A stretch of DNA of 58,190 nucleotides, the filler included, from Sluysia triapertura (Eukaryota), in NCBI GenBank assembly GCA_046118255.1. It is 5 parts of 5 records of this genome, joined end to end, with 100 filler letters (N's around TTAATTAATTAA, not from the genome) between each part and the next. Parts side by side here need not be neighbours in the genome. Positions count along the whole stretch, not along the records: positions 45,980 to 58,190 come from JBJNIA010128851.1; 4 more parts are not named here. The stretch is one strand, 5' to 3'. A program made the translations under genes and the position numbers. Each line of letters begins with the position of its first letter. The first letter of the stretch is position 1. Positions 53,950 to 58,190 of the stretch are shown piece by piece. Below the pieces are notes generated by a model. That model had not been told where the DNA came from. It worked only from the letters and a program-made list of their open reading frames with translations, and did no database searches.

Positions 53950-56900
53950 ATTTGATACCTTTGATGATAATGATGATGGTTTCCACAATTCAATGCAGTA
54001 CGCACAATATGCAAGTTTATAAAAGGAATATCTCGAATTTCGTAATTATGACACAAAAGTTAGAGTTAAGATATTACAAAATGATATTTAAGTTAGATTT
54101 ATGTGCTTAAAACCGGCACGACTTAATTTTAGTTCATGTAATATGCCGGAGCATTACATTAATAACATAGTAAATCCTGTGCTACATGTGCTGATTTCTT
54201 ACCTAACGAAGAAAGACATTATTACCCGAATATATGTAGCACCGGCAAAATTAGAGCAATTACATTTTGCATTGAAAGGAACAGGGAAATATTTGTCATT
54301 ATCAGAATGTTAAAAATTGATTCAGCTCTGTTAATATTAATTTTGGCAACAATATTGTTTATTACCGCTTTATCAGTAGTTATAGTTATCAATAGTTATT
54401 ATTATGTTTGTGTCAAATAAATGTAGATATCCATGCTTACCGCCTAATCATGACGACGATGACTATCAATATACTTACCGCATAGAGGTAGTTTTTAGCC
54501 GCCACCAAGATTTCCGTTAGCATCACCTCTTGTTTATGAAGATGCAACAGGTAATCGCTCACCTTTGGTGTATGGAGGTTGGCAAATGACAATATTATAA
54601 TCTGTTATATTAGCCTGTGTATGTATTACATGTATAATCAATGTACAGACAAAATCAGTAATAATATTGAGACCATGGATTACACCAAGAGCACTTGTGC
54701 AAAAATATGTGCAAAAATACAGAATAATACTGTTAAAATCAATAATATCTCTATGCGAGGTTGTTTGATTAATTGGTGCAAGTACGAATCAGATATTAGC
54801 AAAAATAAAAATAACTGGATTTCGTCTTGTGACATTCTTGTGGAAAATCAATTATTTAATGCCACATTAACTCTAGAAATTGAATACGAAACAAACCATA
54901 ATTAGCGAATCACATCAATACATAATTATAAATTTAGGACAAAGCCTTTCATCTTTGATCAACTTTCAACGACCGTTAAATTTCCAATGTTATTACATAG
55001 GGACATTAACAATTTCGTTCGTATAACAAATCAATTGACAAAAATGTAATATTAATTGCCTATGAATTGGAAAAAGCAAGTCACTATGCTTTAATACTTC
55101 CTAACACTAGTATCAATTTACTTTTTGACCGAAATCATGATCTTACATTTATTGAAGTTTGGATTCTGCGTTACAGTGAAATTCATGATACAATCGAATT
55201 TTGGCCGGAATATAGAATATGTGACTTAATGACACCTATTTTGGATATACAGAATGTTGTCGTTACTGCAACGCTAACTACTACTATTACTACTACTTTA
55301 ATTAAAATAAATACCACATATAATACCACGACTATAAGTTATCCTATCAAACTAGATAAGAATTTAAGTTTGCAGATTAAAAAGCATTTACAAATATATA
55401 ACACATGACTTTGCAATAATGTCTATCACATCATATTTAGTTACTACATTTTGACTTCGTTTCTTTTTCTTACATCAATAATACAGGTTATATTCAAAAT
55501 TCATAAGTTTTATTTACTTACTAGGCATAGGAACCACTTGTTCATTCAAACTTAATTTACGATTAGGATATAAAATATGTATGATGATGTCTTCTGTTTA
55601 CTGACCATGTGTGACGGCTGTCATCGTCCATTTTCGGTTGTAAGCGGAGTGATATTAGAACTCATATTTTACTAATATAATTAGGAAAATATTTACTATA
55701 TTTTGTCACAATACGTTTTGTATTTAATTTATTTTAATGCAATAAACTTGTTTTCATTTTTACTGTAAAATTTCACTACAATAAACTTTCCTTGAATTTA
55801 CATTAAATGTAATTATTAACTTATTATATTTTTCTTTTCCGACAAATTTCACCATCATCACTTCTTTTCACTTTATACTCAATCTGTAGACGCTCTATTC
55901 ATAGAACTATGCTTTAACTATACCGTGTAGGCATAGATTTAATTTTCGTTGTGTTTATTTTTTGTTTCATATTGTCCCAACTCCTTTTCTTTCTTGCCCA
56001 AATGTGCCTCATTACGATTAGAGAGTATGAAATTTATTATAAAAAAGTTTTTCGCCGATATTACGAATTTACGATCAATTGTATTGCACCTGGTTCATCT
56101 ACTATTGTAGCACGACATGGACTTCACGACGATACATCAAAGTTCATGTTTTGTATAATGAATTTCGGGTGCCTAAACCTTATTATCCACCAGGATTGAC
56201 TAAATCCCAGAAAAGAAATTATCGACGACGACAATTAAGAAAATTTTATAAATTAAATAAACATCTGATTAATAACCCCTTTCTTAAGAAAAAGTAATCG
56301 TTTCTTAATTATTATCATTTATTATAGTCGTGAGATAAACACAAAAAAATTTACCTCTAAATTATTTTGTGTACTCATTCTTTCGTCGTTTTTTGGTTTT
56401 TTTATGTCATGATAAAATATTAACCAACGATTCCCAACAATCATAATCAAACAAACAAAACCTTATCCCAGGGCTAAACTTAACTCCCAACTTAATTTTG
56501 TCTACATGCCTGTTGACAAATTCTGTTCTACTTTATCTTCACCTGTTTTCTTTTCCGATTGTAAGTTGAAAAGCGAACTTATACAAAATTTAGCTACGCA
56601 CCTTTTTCAGTAAGCCCAAATTGTCCGTATATTTCTTTGTGAGGTATGACAATGACCCTGATGACTTTGCTATCCTTTATATTGTTACTGTGAATAACAC
56701 TCCTCTTCTGCTGCGAGTTGAGGGTCCTTAAACTCTTCATTTTTCGGTTCTGACCCATTCCTGTGGGATTTTTGCAGAGGGATTTTTGAATTTCCAACTT
56801 CGGTGGTGCTCAATTTTGCTCTTATCCCACCACCTTTCTTTCTTCACTTGATAATCATTTAACCTCTGACATCGCAAAATTGAGTCGTTGGAACAGTGGG

Positions 56901-57800
56901 GCTGTCTGTTCGATGAGGACATTACGTATCATTACGCTATTGACTTTAACAGTCAACCCCAAATTGTGAGAATTGCGTAGACTCCAAACACTAGACAACT
57001 CCACTCCAACGTGCGAATAAAACCTCGTGACCGAATCAAAAATTTCCTACGCGACACACAATTAATTTCTGCAGAGGACCTTAATGACTTAAGAATATCG
57101 ATAGCGTCAGACCTTACTTCCTAAACTTGTTTCACAATAAAATACTGGTGTCGCTTAATTCCCAATTCGTTATTCAAGCTCTAAGTATCCCTTTGGTTGG
57201 TTGAGAGGCATCATGAATTTGACCAACTACAATATTTTATCTTTTACAACTGAGGATGTATTATTGAGGGCAAAACAAACGTTGAAGTTGTTATACCCTG
57301 TCTGCCTTAAATTTTTATGCAAACAAGCGGCCACTGATTTGGTCACTTTATCAGATTTCATCCGTGAACGGGACGAACGTTTTATTCCTCATTTCAATGA
57401 ACTCCACACTTCTCACTTCTTAAAGAAATTTAGTACTCTTACCACTCAAGCTATATCTTCTTCTTCATTCCCTTTTTCTTTTCTTTCTCTGTCAATTTCC
57501 ACACATGTTTCATCTACTACAATAATAGACAACAAACCCGATACCAAAGTTTCGTCCACAACGTCAAGTAACCCAGTTTTCAAAAAGTCCATTCCAATCA
57601 CAAGGAAAAGAGCCTTTACACCGTTTTCTACATCGACAGTCACTACCATTCCACCAACTACCACTACACGATACGGGGATGATTGGATCTCCCCTCTGAA
57701 TCTCTCCCACCTCCATCTCGGCGGCCTTGATCAGCTCATGGCGCTTTTATTGATTCTCCTTCACCACCATGTTTCAGTTTCGACGCTGTGGACCTAAATG
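53950..57800 (+). pseudogene. Series of disrupted, intronless ORFs of unknown function, including a Cys/Thr-rich surface-protein-like one
   Basis: Same-strand ORF fragments 54101-54313, 54579-54905, 55067-55408, 56079-56297 and 57201-57797, with higher GC than the flanks. Confidence 0.35.
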
Positions 57801-58190
57801 GCGACTACTAGATTTGGCACAAATCTTCCCTTGGGGAAGTATTGTTAGAATTGCCATTGGACTTAACATTAACGATCGACTTTTTGAATATTTTTTTGAA
57901 TTTACATTACATTTGATTTGATTGTTTTATATTTTAAATATTTTATTATTATTTGATCTTATATTATTATAAAAATATAATTATTATTTGAATTGTATTT
58001 AGAAAATATTATTTGATATTGATGAATATAATTTTTATTATAACATAAATTTGATAACATTTAATATTAAAAAAATAAAAAATTTTCTAACATAAATAAT
58101 TCTAAAAAGAGAAAGAATTAAATAATAAATAAAAAATTTGTTTTAACTAATCATTTTATAATATTTACAAAATGGACGGCAATATGGTTG

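Overview
Very AT-rich animal genomic DNA. It contains GT-AG introns as short as 36-45 nt, a type-III classical cadherin and a phosducin-like gene. The composition and tiny introns recall the orthonectid Intoshia, but that is only a guess. Four 100-nt N spacers, each containing a TTAATTAATTAA linker, cut the window into five pieces of about 11-12 kb that may not be truly adjacent. Host genes: a 7-exon part of a neural-cadherin-like gene (minus, 34-11047), a 7-exon part of a large unidentified protein (plus, 12704-21971), a PDCL3/VIAF-like gene sharing a divergent promoter with a small orphan gene, and a decayed RanBP2-zinc-finger gene. The rest is mostly transposon remnants: Helitron, mariner, plant-type DD39D mariner, pogo, piggyBac and hAT MITEs, MULE, Harbinger and LTR fragments. 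Two things stand out. (1) A Ty3/gypsy-like element (minus, about 46228-49700) has a tRNA-Lys PBS and a gag followed directly, with no pol, by a chuvirus-type glycoprotein that lies in the -1 frame at a G-UUA-AAC slippery site. (2) A roughly 2.5-kb dispersed repeat carries an orphan ORF of about 500 aa preceded by two covarying inverted repeats. All homology calls are from recalled motifs, not database searches.
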